64,000 nt of DNA from Nanobdellota archaeon (GTDB taxonomy: Archaea > Nanobdellota > Nanobdellia > Pacearchaeales > GW2011-AR1): assembly GCA_038046005.1 (NCBI GenBank), contig JBBSXB010000001.1:1-64000 (forward strand), read 5' to 3'. Of this stretch, positions 18,592-28,336 are shown piece after piece. How positions within the stretch are numbered: position 1 is the stretch's first letter; every line of letters starts with the position of its first letter. Under the pieces are notes generated by a model, which was given only the letters and a program-made list of their open reading frames with translations, searched no databases and was not told the DNA's origin. Position numbers and translations under genes: made by a program.

Positions 18592-19275
18592 ATGAAAAAG
18601 AGAAAATTAAAAGAGAAATTAAAGTGGCTTCCGCTTTTTCCATTAAGTGTTGTTTTGTTTTATGTTCTGATAATAATTTTAGGAAGAATTAACATAATGC
18701 CTTCCGAGCCAGAATTGATAATTGGAATTGAAAAGTTTTATGACAAATTTGGACTTGTAGGATTAGCGATAGTCACATTCGTAGAGGGCTTGGCTTATAT
18801 AGGGCACCAGTTTCCGGGAATGAGCATAATACTTGTTTCAATGACTGTGGGGGGAAAGAATTTTTTCGCAATAATCTCAATAGTATTGGTAATTTCTCTT
18901 GCATTAATGATAAGCAGCATGATTAATTATCTTGGTGGAAGATATTTCAGCAAGTATGGCTCAAGAAAGTTTAGTAAAAAAAGAAAAAGGGTTGAGAAAA
19001 CTATTTTTTTAGCTTCACTACACCCGGCTTTTCTCTCACTGTATTTTTTCAAAAGTGGTCTAGAAAGAAAACACTTCAAAAATGTCTTTCTTGTTCCTTT
19101 GATAGTATTTCCGTACGGACTGATAATAACATACACCTTATCTTTATTTTCTGAATTTTTATTAAAAAATGTTTTTTCTAAAGAGTGGTTTTTCTTGGCA
19201 ATTTTCTTAGGTTGGTTTTTGGTTGAGTTAATGGCAAGAAATAAAAAGTATATAAAAAAGAAGATAAGATTTTAA
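18592..19275 (+). CDS. DedA-like membrane protein
   Basis: FVEGL..FPG..INYLGGRY, multiple TMs. Confidence 0.65.
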   Translation: MKKRKLKEKLKWLPLFPLSVVLFYVLIIILGRINIMPSEPELIIGIEKFYDKFGLVGLAIVTFVEGLAYIGHQFPGMSIILVSMTVGGKNFFAIISIVLVISLALMISSMINYLGGRYFSKYGSRKFSKKRKRVEKTIFLASLHPAFLSLYFFKSGLERKHFKNVFLVPLIVFPYGLIITYTLSLFSEFLLKNVFSKEWFFLAIFLGWFLVELMARNKKYIKKKIRF

Positions 19276-19312
19276 AGGGTTTTAACATAATATTCAGTGT
19301 TAAGGTGTAAAA

Positions 19313-20761
19313 ATGTCGCGTGAAGATCAGATAATACAGGAGAGAATAAAAAAACTCGAAGAGCTTAGAAAAAAAGGAATTAATTCTTATCCTAGCAAAT
19401 TTGAGAAAAAAGAAACAGCAGATGTTTGTTTAAAAGCAAAGCTAGGAACAAAAGTCAAGACAGCCGGAAGAATGATGACAAAAAGAGATATTGGAAAAAT
19501 CATATTTGCTAATCTTAGAGATGGGACAGGAGACATCCAAATAGTTTTGCAGGATGAAGAAACGCCAAAAGAAGTAATTGAGTTTTTCAAGAATTATGTT
19601 GATTCTGGAGATTTTATAGGTATTGAAGGAAAAATATTCAAGACAAAGACAAATCAGCTTTCAATTCTTGTTGATAAAATTGTTATGTTAAGCAAGAGCA
19701 TTCTTCCTCTGCCAGAAAAATACCATGGAGTCAAAGATGATGAAGAAAGATTTAGAAAAAGATATCTTGATATTTTAATGAATCCTGAGACAAAAGAAAT
19801 TTTTATTAAAAAAGCAAAATTTTGGAATACAATAAGAAGTTTTTTGATTAAAAGAGGATTCCTGGAAGTTGAGACTCCGGTGCTTGAAGTTTCTGCTGGC
19901 GGAGCAGCAGCGACGCCGTTCAAAACCCACCACAATGCATTAGACTTAGATGTTTATCTTAGAATTTCTATGGGAGAATTGTGGCAGAAAAAACTGATGG
20001 TTGCAGGATATGAAAAAACATTCGAGATAGGAAGACAATTTAGGAATGAAGGGATGGATATGGAACATTTGCAAGACTACACACAGATGGAATTTTATTG
20101 GGGCTATGCACATTATTTGGACGGAATGAAGCTTGTTGAAGAAATGTATAAAGAAGTTACAAAAGAAACACTTGGAAGTTTAAAATTTGAAACTCATGGC
20201 TACAAAATTGATTTAGAAAAAAAATGGGAACTTTATGATTATGAAGAAACAATAAAGAAACACACTGGAATTGATATTTACAAAGCTGATGAAAAAGCAT
20301 TGAAGAAAAAACTTGATGAGTTAAAAGTTGAATACAAAAAAGTTCATGATAAATGGAAACTCGTTGATGCTTTATGGAAATATTGCAGAAAGAAAATTTC
20401 TGGCCCTGGTTTTTTAGTCGGACAGCCTGTTGAAACAACGCCCTTAGCAAAGAGATCTTCAAATCCTAAAAAAGTTGAGCAATTTCAGGTCATAATCGCC
20501 GGAACAGAGATGGGAAATGGTTTTTCCGAGTTAAATGACCCTTTAGACCAAGAGTCTAGATTTAAAGAGCAAAGAAAGCTCAAGGAGGCTGGAGATACAG
20601 AAGCTTATGATCATGACGAGAGCTTTGTCGAAGCTTTGAAACATGGAATGCCTCCAACATGCGGCTTTGGGGTCTCTGAAAGACTTTTTTCTTATCTCAT
20701 TGACAAGCCAATAAGAGAGTGTGTCATATTTCCGTTGATGAGGCCTTCTTCGGAGAAATAG
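19313..20761 (+). CDS. lysS: Lysyl-tRNA synthetase, class II
   Basis: OB fold, FLEVETP, FRNEG, EMGNGFSELNDP, GFGVSERL, IFP-MRP. Confidence 0.97.
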   Translation: MSREDQIIQERIKKLEELRKKGINSYPSKFEKKETADVCLKAKLGTKVKTAGRMMTKRDIGKIIFANLRDGTGDIQIVLQDEETPKEVIEFFKNYVDSGDFIGIEGKIFKTKTNQLSILVDKIVMLSKSILPLPEKYHGVKDDEERFRKRYLDILMNPETKEIFIKKAKFWNTIRSFLIKRGFLEVETPVLEVSAGGAAATPFKTHHNALDLDVYLRISMGELWQKKLMVAGYEKTFEIGRQFRNEGMDMEHLQDYTQMEFYWGYAHYLDGMKLVEEMYKEVTKETLGSLKFETHGYKIDLEKKWELYDYEETIKKHTGIDIYKADEKALKKKLDELKVEYKKVHDKWKLVDALWKYCRKKISGPGFLVGQPVETTPLAKRSSNPKKVEQFQVIIAGTEMGNGFSELNDPLDQESRFKEQRKLKEAGDTEAYDHDESFVEALKHGMPPTCGFGVSERLFSYLIDKPIRECVIFPLMRPSSEK

Positions 20762-20762
20762 A

Positions 20763-20942
20763 ATGGTTAAAGCAGAATTTATGGATATTTTTGGAGTAAT
20801 TGGATTTTTAATTTTATTAATTACTGGAATTTCTATAATAAAAGAAGTTAAATTAGCTTCATTGATAATTATAATTATTAGCTCTTTAGGATTAATTGTT
20901 GATAGTTACATTGTGATTAAAACTTTTATCTTAAAAAAATAA
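20763..20942 (+). CDS. Small two-TM membrane protein (below the ORF-track length cutoff)
   Basis: MVKAEFMDIFGVIGF...LGLIVDSYIV, 59 aa. Confidence 0.55.
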   Translation: MVKAEFMDIFGVIGFLILLITGISIIKEVKLASLIIIIISSLGLIVDSYIVIKTFILKK

Positions 20943-20982
20943 AAATCGCAAAAACCAATTGGAGTTGAATAAGTTAAAAAAT

Positions 20983-21198
20983 TTAATGAAAATTGTCTAA
21001 TAAGTAATCATTAATCTTACGAGGTATAGAGGTAATGTAATCCCATACGGAAAAATCACCATTGACAACGTCTTTAATATCAGGTTTACACTTAAAATAA
21101 ACAGAAGAGCCTAGGCTGACTAATCCTCGCGGGAGGGGTTCAATACGAAGTTGACCATCTTCACAAGTCACATCTATAGTATTCTTAGATTCCCTCAT
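20983..21198 (-). CDS. Hypothetical protein
   Basis: 71-aa ORF divergent from the histone gene. Confidence 0.45.
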   Translation of the reverse strand: MRESKNTIDVTCEDGQLRIEPLPRGLVSLGSSVYFKCKPDIKDVVNGDFSVWDYITSIPRKINDYLLDNFH

Positions 21199-21248
21199 TT
21201 TAATTAAGGTTAGATAAAGTATAAAAATATATCTTTGTTCTATAACTC

Positions 21249-21434
21249 ATGACGCTAATAGTTAAATCAAACATAAAAAAAGTTGTTTCTGATTTGGATA
21301 AGGAAAAAGCTGTAACTAGTGTTGCAGATGAGGTTGGAATGGCTCTTGAAAGAAAAGTTGAAGAAGTTTTGAGAGATGGAATAAAAAGAGCCAAGGAGAA
21401 CGGAAGAAGAACATTACAGGCTAGGGATTTATAA
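21249..21434 (+). CDS. Histone-fold protein (short alpha-3 type)
   Basis: LIVKSNIKK..RAKENGRRTLQARDL. Confidence 0.85.
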   Translation: MTLIVKSNIKKVVSDLDKEKAVTSVADEVGMALERKVEEVLRDGIKRAKENGRRTLQARDL

Positions 21435-21435
21435 T

Positions 21436-22044
21436 ATGGAATGGTATAATTTAATTTTGGCTATTTTTGGAATTATTGCATTAATCTTTTTTGCTTATAA
21501 GACATTAGTACTTCCTCCAGTTAACTCCCATTTACAAGAAGCAATTCAAAACAATGAAACAAAAAATATTGAGTATATTATAATTTCTGATTATAAATCC
21601 AAAGGAGGATTTATAGCAAATAATAAAATTGAATCTAAAATAAAAATAATCTCCAGAGAAAAAGATTTTAGAGAGATTAAGGATATAATGATTTGGTTTG
21701 GGGGAATAAATACGAACGCCTATGTCTTGCCTATAGAAGAAGAGGGGGGTTATGGGATGAGAAAAAGCCCTATTGCTAGTTTATCTGATGTAAAAATAGA
21801 TAACAGCTACAAAACGTTAGAGACCAATTCAAATTTTAGATTTGATATACCTGGAGAATATCCTCCTTACTATATTAGGTTAGAGTACAAAGATGGAACT
21901 TTCTATAATTGGCATTCTAGTAAGAAAATTGTTATAGAACCACATAGTAGAATGACTGAATTACAAAATTATAGATTAACTGCTATTGCTTTGTTAATTG
22001 CCATAATTGGTATATTTGTTGGACTAAAATTCAGCAAAAATTAA
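21436..22044 (+). CDS. Membrane-anchored hypothetical protein
   Basis: N- and C-terminal TM helices. Confidence 0.65.
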   Translation: MEWYNLILAIFGIIALIFFAYKTLVLPPVNSHLQEAIQNNETKNIEYIIISDYKSKGGFIANNKIESKIKIISREKDFREIKDIMIWFGGINTNAYVLPIEEEGGYGMRKSPIASLSDVKIDNSYKTLETNSNFRFDIPGEYPPYYIRLEYKDGTFYNWHSSKKIVIEPHSRMTELQNYRLTAIALLIAIIGIFVGLKFSKN

Positions 22045-22068
22045 AAACTCGCCCTATCTAATCTTGTT

Positions 22069-22623
22069 ATGGAAAGGATAAGTAAGGAAATTAAGAAAAG
22101 AGTTATGGATGCTGTTGCGAAAGTTGATAATCTGGAATATGAAACTTCATGGAATGACAGAGGAGCCCCAGCATATAAAAAAAAATCTGAAGTTAAAAAA
22201 GGCAGAAAATCGCGGGCGACTGGTGCAAAGTTTGAGTTAAAGGTTAGAGAAGATTTTGAAAAAAGAGAATGGATTGTCGCCAAATGGACCAATACTGTGG
22301 AGTTTGAAGACAAGGAAATGATCAATGGAAAACTAGTAAAATGTAAACCAAATTTTAATCCATTTACAAAAATTATTAGGATGAATAGTGCGGGCTTTCC
22401 AGACTTTATAGCTTTCAAGACAAGTGGAAGTTACTATGAAGTAATGGGGGTTGAAGTTAAACTCAATGGAATAATTTCAAAAGAAGAAAAAGCAAAATGT
22501 AGATTTTTATTAAATAAAAGAATCTTTAAAAATATTTTAATAGCAAAAAAAGGTGAAAAACGTGGTGAGATAGAGTACATTGATTTCACTGAGAAATATG
22601 GTTTAGAAAGTAATAAAGCTTAA
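22069..22623 (+). CDS. PD-(D/E)XK nuclease, Holliday-junction-resolvase-like
   Basis: GAKFE, GFPDFIAF, GVEVK. Confidence 0.75.
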   Translation: MERISKEIKKRVMDAVAKVDNLEYETSWNDRGAPAYKKKSEVKKGRKSRATGAKFELKVREDFEKREWIVAKWTNTVEFEDKEMINGKLVKCKPNFNPFTKIIRMNSAGFPDFIAFKTSGSYYEVMGVEVKLNGIISKEEKAKCRFLLNKRIFKNILIAKKGEKRGEIEYIDFTEKYGLESNKA

Positions 22624-22647
22624 ATTGACCAGAAATCAAAAGATTTT

Positions 22648-23370
22648 ATGATAAAGAAGATAATATTGCTATTCATTTTAATCCTGTTTATTAAAAATTT
22701 GTCTGCAGTGATAATAAGCGAAGTTGAGCTAAATCCTCTTGGAGACGATACTGGAAATGAATGGATAGAACTTTACAGTCAGGACAACATAAATCTTGAA
22801 GAGTACACATTAGTCAATAATGACGGAGATAGAATAAATTTAACTGGAAATTTTGAAGGATATTTTGTATATACTTTTTCAAAACAATGGCTCGACAATT
22901 CAAATGAAAAAGTCTCTTTGTACAAAGGCAGCGGGTTGATTGATCAGACATTGGTGCTCCTAGATTCTGCAAACAATAATAAGACCTGGCAAATTTGTGA
23001 AGGATGGGGTTTTGCAGACTCAACAAAAGGAGCAAAAAACTGCGATAAACAAAACATTGTTGAAACAAACAATGAGACAATAAGCAAAAACACAAGTTTA
23101 CAGAATGGAAGTGTGAACATCAGCGCTATGAAAAATGACTCTTTGATCAACGAGTATAAAAATGAGACCACCTCCGAAAATTTAGTAAACACAAACCCCA
23201 GAACACAAGAAAATCAAGTCATAAAACTAAATGCGCAACCCTTAAAAACTGAGGATAACACTAGTTTTTTAAAGGATTATACCAAATATTCTAGTATAAT
23301 AGTCTTTGGATTTTTAATTTTGCTTTTGATATTTTTAAGAAACAGGAGAGAAAGAAATGAGTTTGAGTGA
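22648..23370 (+). CDS. Secreted lamin-tail-domain protein with C-terminal anchor
   Basis: Signal peptide, IISEVELNP..NEWIELY, C-terminal TM plus basic tail. Confidence 0.8.
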   Translation: MIKKIILLFILILFIKNLSAVIISEVELNPLGDDTGNEWIELYSQDNINLEEYTLVNNDGDRINLTGNFEGYFVYTFSKQWLDNSNEKVSLYKGSGLIDQTLVLLDSANNNKTWQICEGWGFADSTKGAKNCDKQNIVETNNETISKNTSLQNGSVNISAMKNDSLINEYKNETTSENLVNTNPRTQENQVIKLNAQPLKTEDNTSFLKDYTKYSSIIVFGFLILLLIFLRNRRERNEFE

Positions 23371-23809
23371 TGGGAAAAAAATTGAAGTAGTGATTATGTT
23401 GGAGGTCTTAGGAAGACCTCCGGAACATGTGACTAACTCCTTGAATGAAATAATAAAAAGTATTGATGAAGAACCGGGAGTGATAATAAAAGAAAAGATG
23501 ATGAATGAGCCAGCTCCGCTAAAAGAAGAAAAGGAATTATTTACTGCTTTTGCTGAAATTGAAATTGAAGTAGAAACTTTGATGCAGCTATTTTCTCTTT
23601 TATTCAAGTATATGCCATCTCATGTTGAAATTATTGAGCCAGAAGATCTAAGGATGAAAAACAATGACTGGAATGAACTGCTAAACGAACTCACAAGAAG
23701 GCTTCATGGATATGATGAAGTTGCAAGGATAATGCAGAATGAAAATATGATTCTGGAGAAAAAATTGAGAGAAATTTTGGGTAAAACTGAAAAAGACGAA
23801 AAGGAATAA
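23357..23809 (+). CDS. Hypothetical protein
   Basis: 150-aa ORF, coiled-coil-like C-terminus. Confidence 0.75.
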   Translation: MSLSDGKKIEVVIMLEVLGRPPEHVTNSLNEIIKSIDEEPGVIIKEKMMNEPAPLKEEKELFTAFAEIEIEVETLMQLFSLLFKYMPSHVEIIEPEDLRMKNNDWNELLNELTRRLHGYDEVARIMQNENMILEKKLREILGKTEKDEKE

Positions 23810-23812
23810 TCT

Positions 23813-24988
23813 TTAAAATTTTTTCCCTTTAGCAATTCCGCCAATGTCAATACTTTTTCTTTTGGCACCTTTATACTTTATATAAAACCAACCAAGAAGC
23901 AACACTGCAACTATAAGCAATCCCCAACCCCAGTATTTTCCAGAAGAGCTTGTTTTTTTGTCTTCGCAACTTCCCAAACAACATTCATAACCTCTTATGA
24001 TGCTAGAGTTACCAACACACTCTTTGGTCAAAGAACAGGTTGTCCCGTTGAGTTCCTGGCAGGTTTTCTGTGCTATTGCGTCTATACAACGTTCGTTAGC
24101 GCAGACAAACCCAGTCCTGTTAAGGTTGCAGTCATTGTCAATTGTGCATTCGGGTTTTATTTCGCATTTAGCATTTTTGCAAATTTCTCCACTAGGGCAG
24201 TTATTATCCGGGTCACACTCTGGCTTTGTAGTACATTTATTATTAGTGCATATTTCATTACCACCGCAATCACCATCTTTGGTACATTCTGTTTTTTTGA
24301 CACATATATTATCTGTGCATAATTGGTCGTCTGAGTTGCAGTCAGAGTCACTTTGACAGGAGGTTAGATTAGAAGTAATACCGTAAACAGATATTGGAAT
24401 AATGTATTTAGTGTTATTAGAACTTATTTCCATCTCACCAATAAAATCTTTTTTTACTCTGCTGATGTCAAAATTTATGGTTTTTAGCTGAAAAAATGAA
24501 GCCTGAAGATCTGTTGCCGTCGTTATTCCGTCAGGGGTTTTTATATCAAAATCTATTGGATTGTCCCTAAGACTTTTTAAATTAATTATAAAATTGGAGC
24601 TAGTAGATATAAACCCCTGTTCAACATAAAAGTCTGCAACCCCACTGTTTATTGTGAAGTTTGCATAAAAAGGTGTGTCAATAAATTCTGTTAAATTATA
24701 GTACCTTACATTTTGTATAACAATAGAATAATTTCCCGGAGTTCTCCCATTAAGTTCAGCCTTAACATAAAAGTTGTCACCAATTTTACCAAGATCCGTG
24801 TCCATAGGTATTTTTACAGCATCCCTATAAAACACCATATCACTTTTTTCTATTGGCTGTAAGAATAATCCAGATACTTTTGCAATCAAAGTTTCTCCCG
24901 ATTTGTATTCTTGCTTTATTTCTATGCTAACCGAAGCGATTAGTGGAAATAAAAAAATGAGTAAAAAAAGCATACCAATTTTTCCCAT
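23813..24988 (-). CDS. Secreted surface protein with Cys-rich repeats and C-terminal TM
   Basis: Signal peptide; four C-x4-5-C-x5-8-C-x4-C units; TM plus basic tail. Confidence 0.8.
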   Translation of the reverse strand: MGKIGMLFLLIFLFPLIASVSIEIKQEYKSGETLIAKVSGLFLQPIEKSDMVFYRDAVKIPMDTDLGKIGDNFYVKAELNGRTPGNYSIVIQNVRYYNLTEFIDTPFYANFTINSGVADFYVEQGFISTSSNFIINLKSLRDNPIDFDIKTPDGITTATDLQASFFQLKTINFDISRVKKDFIGEMEISSNNTKYIIPISVYGITSNLTSCQSDSDCNSDDQLCTDNICVKKTECTKDGDCGGNEICTNNKCTTKPECDPDNNCPSGEICKNAKCEIKPECTIDNDCNLNRTGFVCANERCIDAIAQKTCQELNGTTCSLTKECVGNSSIIRGYECCLGSCEDKKTSSSGKYWGWGLLIVAVLLLGWFYIKYKGAKRKSIDIGGIAKGKKF

Positions 24989-25019
24989 GTAATTATAGAA
25001 ATTTGTGGTTAATAAAGAT

Positions 25020-26825
25020 TTATTTTCCCATCTCTTTAAGCTTTTTAAGAACATCATCTAGTTCTTTGTTTTCTTCTTTTGGTTTCGCAGGAAGAGGTTT
25101 TCTAAGAACAGGTTGTTGTGGAGAAAGTATCCTTCTTTGCATAGGTCTTCTCATCATCATTGGCATTGTTGGAGGTGGGAAGCTTCTCGGAGGCATCATA
25201 GGCCCTCCTCTCGACTTATTTCCCTTAAATCTTAAAAAGAAAAGTCTTAATTTGTTTCTGAATAATATTCCTATCAAAATTAAAACAATCAGAATTACAA
25301 GTATCCAAACCCATAAAAGACTTTTATTTTGGGGCGCAGAAGAAACAACACAACAAGTTTGGCTAGTATCTGTACATAAATCATTAGACAAGCTCTCACC
25401 ACTAAAGCAAGAGTCTCTACATGCTCCACCTGAAAACTCACAGTCTGAAAGAGAAGTGGTTGATGAAGCCTCGCACGTTCCTCCAACACAACACGATTCT
25501 CCAGAATTAATGTCAGAAGCAGTAAAGCCTTTTACACCATTTTCACACGTCTGGCTCGAAGAACAAATTATTCCCTTTAATTCTGAGCATGTTTTTTGTT
25601 TTTCTTGGACTGTGCAACATATCTGGGCGCTAGGACAGTAATAATCTGAAAGATTTGTTCCCCCATCGTTCTCACATGAAAGCCCCGATCTGCAGAAATA
25701 TCCTGAAGATTGACAGTCAGCTGTTCCCCCGCCATCTTCACTAGCAATGTTTTTTGGCCAAACAGAAGATAAGATAAATGCAGTGTTTCTTATATTGTTT
25801 TCCCAGCATCCGTCAGAGTTTTGTGTTGAAAATAACCATTGTTTAGCATTAGTTTTTTCTGTGAAATCCTGCTCTGCTGAAAATGGATAAAGTGCCAAAG
25901 CTGTGTCATAAAATTTATTGTTGGAGCTGGATGCTAACCAATATCTTTGAGGATTTTGTTGAGTCAAAAGCTGTGCTCTGTAATCAGCATCGCTCGTTAA
26001 TAAGTATAAGAAAGAATCTGGAAGATATTTTTTATTGTCATCTGCATTTGTAACTAAGTAAGGGATTACATTCTTCACCTGGTCTATATGGCCTGAAGAG
26101 GAAAGAGCCAAAGCAGCCCAGAGACTTCCTTCATAATCGCAATTTTTTGTTCCGAAGCATGTTGCATTAATTTTTTCAGTTGTTTCGCCATTTGCCGAAG
26201 CAGAAGATGTTTCTGGAGAGACATACAAAACATTTGAACTTTGTCCTTGGTAAATTAAATTAGTTAAAAAATCATTATCACAGGTTATTGTAAATTTCTC
26301 ATCTATGCACGAATTGGATATCCTAAGCCAGTAACCATCTTGAGCCTGTGAGAAACATTTTCCTGAAGAGCTAACTATTTTTTTGTCCTCTGAAAATTCA
26401 ACATTGTAAGCACCGCCAGAAAAAGTTATTTCGCAAGAAGTTTCTTTACCACTTTCTATTTGTAAATACCAGTTTAAATTTGGAGGAGTAATGCTTTGAT
26501 CAATAAGCCATGTCTCTGCTTTATTTTGGTCATGTAAAGCCAATAACGCTAAGGCTGTTGTTTTTATACTACAAGAAGAGAAAGGCCAACAACCAATGTT
26601 TTGCTCGTCTGAAATGACTTGGCTTCTGCATTTTCCTACAGAAAGCAAAGAGAAAATCTTTTCTTCAGAACTAAGCTTGTCGCATCCTCTTTGGGTTATC
26701 TGATCCGTTAAACATTTATATGCTTTGCCCACATTAACAGAATCATTAGAAATCGCTGCTGCAGCAAGAGAACTAGCAAAAATTATAGAAAATATCAGTG
26801 ATGCTAAAAATACCTCTTTCTTCAT
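25020..26825 (-). CDS. Secreted surface protein with helical repeats, Cys-rich CC modules, TM and Pro-rich tail
   Basis: TALAL/WL..QN.DG.W repeats; modules ending in CC; TM; PPM-rich tail. Confidence 0.8.
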   Translation of the reverse strand: MKKEVFLASLIFSIIFASSLAAAAISNDSVNVGKAYKCLTDQITQRGCDKLSSEEKIFSLLSVGKCRSQVISDEQNIGCWPFSSCSIKTTALALLALHDQNKAETWLIDQSITPPNLNWYLQIESGKETSCEITFSGGAYNVEFSEDKKIVSSSGKCFSQAQDGYWLRISNSCIDEKFTITCDNDFLTNLIYQGQSSNVLYVSPETSSASANGETTEKINATCFGTKNCDYEGSLWAALALSSSGHIDQVKNVIPYLVTNADDNKKYLPDSFLYLLTSDADYRAQLLTQQNPQRYWLASSSNNKFYDTALALYPFSAEQDFTEKTNAKQWLFSTQNSDGCWENNIRNTAFILSSVWPKNIASEDGGGTADCQSSGYFCRSGLSCENDGGTNLSDYYCPSAQICCTVQEKQKTCSELKGIICSSSQTCENGVKGFTASDINSGESCCVGGTCEASSTTSLSDCEFSGGACRDSCFSGESLSNDLCTDTSQTCCVVSSAPQNKSLLWVWILVILIVLILIGILFRNKLRLFFLRFKGNKSRGGPMMPPRSFPPPTMPMMMRRPMQRRILSPQQPVLRKPLPAKPKEENKELDDVLKKLKEMGK

Positions 26826-26836
26826 TTGGATAAAAG

Positions 26837-28252
26837 TCATCTCTTGTTTTTAAAATTATCTTTAATTTTTGGATTTTTTGAAACTTTCTTTAAAACATAA
26901 TTCACAGGATTTTTAAGCCTAAGCTCTTCTGGAGTTGGATCTATCCCTATTGCCTTGTAATAATCCTTATCAAAATTCGGAGGAAGCACAATTTTATTCC
27001 TGTAGCTCCAGATTAGTTGAGATTGGATATATCCCTCTCTTAACGGAGGTTTGTTTTTTTTATTCCAATTAGAAATTCTCTCTTCAAGCTCATTTTTTTC
27101 CATTCCAATAGACCTAAACAGATTAATAAGGATAAACAAAGACCTTTTTTTCCCGTCACTGACGCCTTTTAATATTTTTTGTATGGATGGAGAAAGATAA
27201 TCTTCAGAGAATTTTTCTATTTTTATAGGTTTAAAATCAGACCTTTTTGTCTCTTCTTTTTCCGAATTGGCTTGTTTGTACCAATCCAAAGATTGCAGCA
27301 ACAATTCTTTTGCTTCACCCTCTCTTGCATGAGGATAAAAAGATTTTATTTCTGCTTTCATAGGATCTGCATCTTTTAAATCAAAACTATCTATTTTTTC
27401 TAAATCAAGAACAACGCTTGCAAGAGCTGTTTTTTCATGAAGAGAATATGGTGCTCTAAATAAATGCCTTGGAGAAACCAGGATTAAATCCGGGATTACT
27501 TCTTTATTATACGAATCTTCATTTGCTCTGATTTCTTCAAAACTCCCATCAGATTTAATGTATTTATCTTTCATTCCCTTAACAAAAACTTCTTTTTTCA
27601 TTGAAGAATTAGATTTCATAATTTCTATTGACCCAGCCTCTCTCCGAATATATTTTTTTACAGCATTATACTTATCTTCAAGCGATAACTCATTAATTCT
27701 TTCTGTAACTTCTTCCCTAACTTTAGCTAGTATATACCTAGTCATTATCCTAGGCCATTCTGGGAACATCGCTGAAGTCGGAACTCCATTGATATCTTTC
27801 GGAAAAGCTTTCCAGGGAATTATCATATGAAATCCTTTTGAACCTGAAAATTTTATGGCAAAGTTTGTTACTCCATGAAATTTTAGGAATTTTGCGATAA
27901 GCTTAGCCATAATTTTGCTGTAATCTATATATTTTGAATCAATATCAACAAGAAAATCCCAGCCTTCTCTTAATTCGTTAAGTTGTTGTTCATTCATGTT
28001 GGTTGAAATCTTTAAAGGGTCTTTCCAAATCTCTTCTGAACAATGGAAGGAAGTTGCCCCTTTTTTGACAAGCTCAAAAATATCTCCAGGATATTGCAAG
28101 GAATCTGGCCTTTTTCCGAAACCTTCAAAGTATCTTGGGATTGTTTCTCTGTTTTGACAGAAATCAAAAATAGCTTTTTGAACTTTAGGGTTTGAATAAT
28201 AAAGATTCGTCAAAGCCCTTATTCTGTTCTCTTTAAAAGAATTCTCCTCCAT
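26837..28252 (-). CDS. priS: Single-chain (PriS-PriL-type fused) DNA primase
   Basis: WDFLVDIDS, FSGSKGFH, HLFRAPYSLH; C-terminal DGKKRSLFIL domain. Confidence 0.88.
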   Translation of the reverse strand: MEENSFKENRIRALTNLYYSNPKVQKAIFDFCQNRETIPRYFEGFGKRPDSLQYPGDIFELVKKGATSFHCSEEIWKDPLKISTNMNEQQLNELREGWDFLVDIDSKYIDYSKIMAKLIAKFLKFHGVTNFAIKFSGSKGFHMIIPWKAFPKDINGVPTSAMFPEWPRIMTRYILAKVREEVTERINELSLEDKYNAVKKYIRREAGSIEIMKSNSSMKKEVFVKGMKDKYIKSDGSFEEIRANEDSYNKEVIPDLILVSPRHLFRAPYSLHEKTALASVVLDLEKIDSFDLKDADPMKAEIKSFYPHAREGEAKELLLQSLDWYKQANSEKEETKRSDFKPIKIEKFSEDYLSPSIQKILKGVSDGKKRSLFILINLFRSIGMEKNELEERISNWNKKNKPPLREGYIQSQLIWSYRNKIVLPPNFDKDYYKAIGIDPTPEELRLKNPVNYVLKKVSKNPKIKDNFKNKR

Positions 28253-28336
28253 TTTTTAGGAATATAATAGAAGTTTATATAATTACCTTAAGTACATGAC
28301 AATAATGCTTAAAAAACCCCCAATGTTATAAGGAGG

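Noticed and set aside
25003-25641. Long antisense ORFs (e.g. 25003..25641, 8361..8903, 52324..52836, 56706..57254, 14107..14436)
   Set aside because: Shadows of better-supported opposite-strand genes, with no motifs of their own
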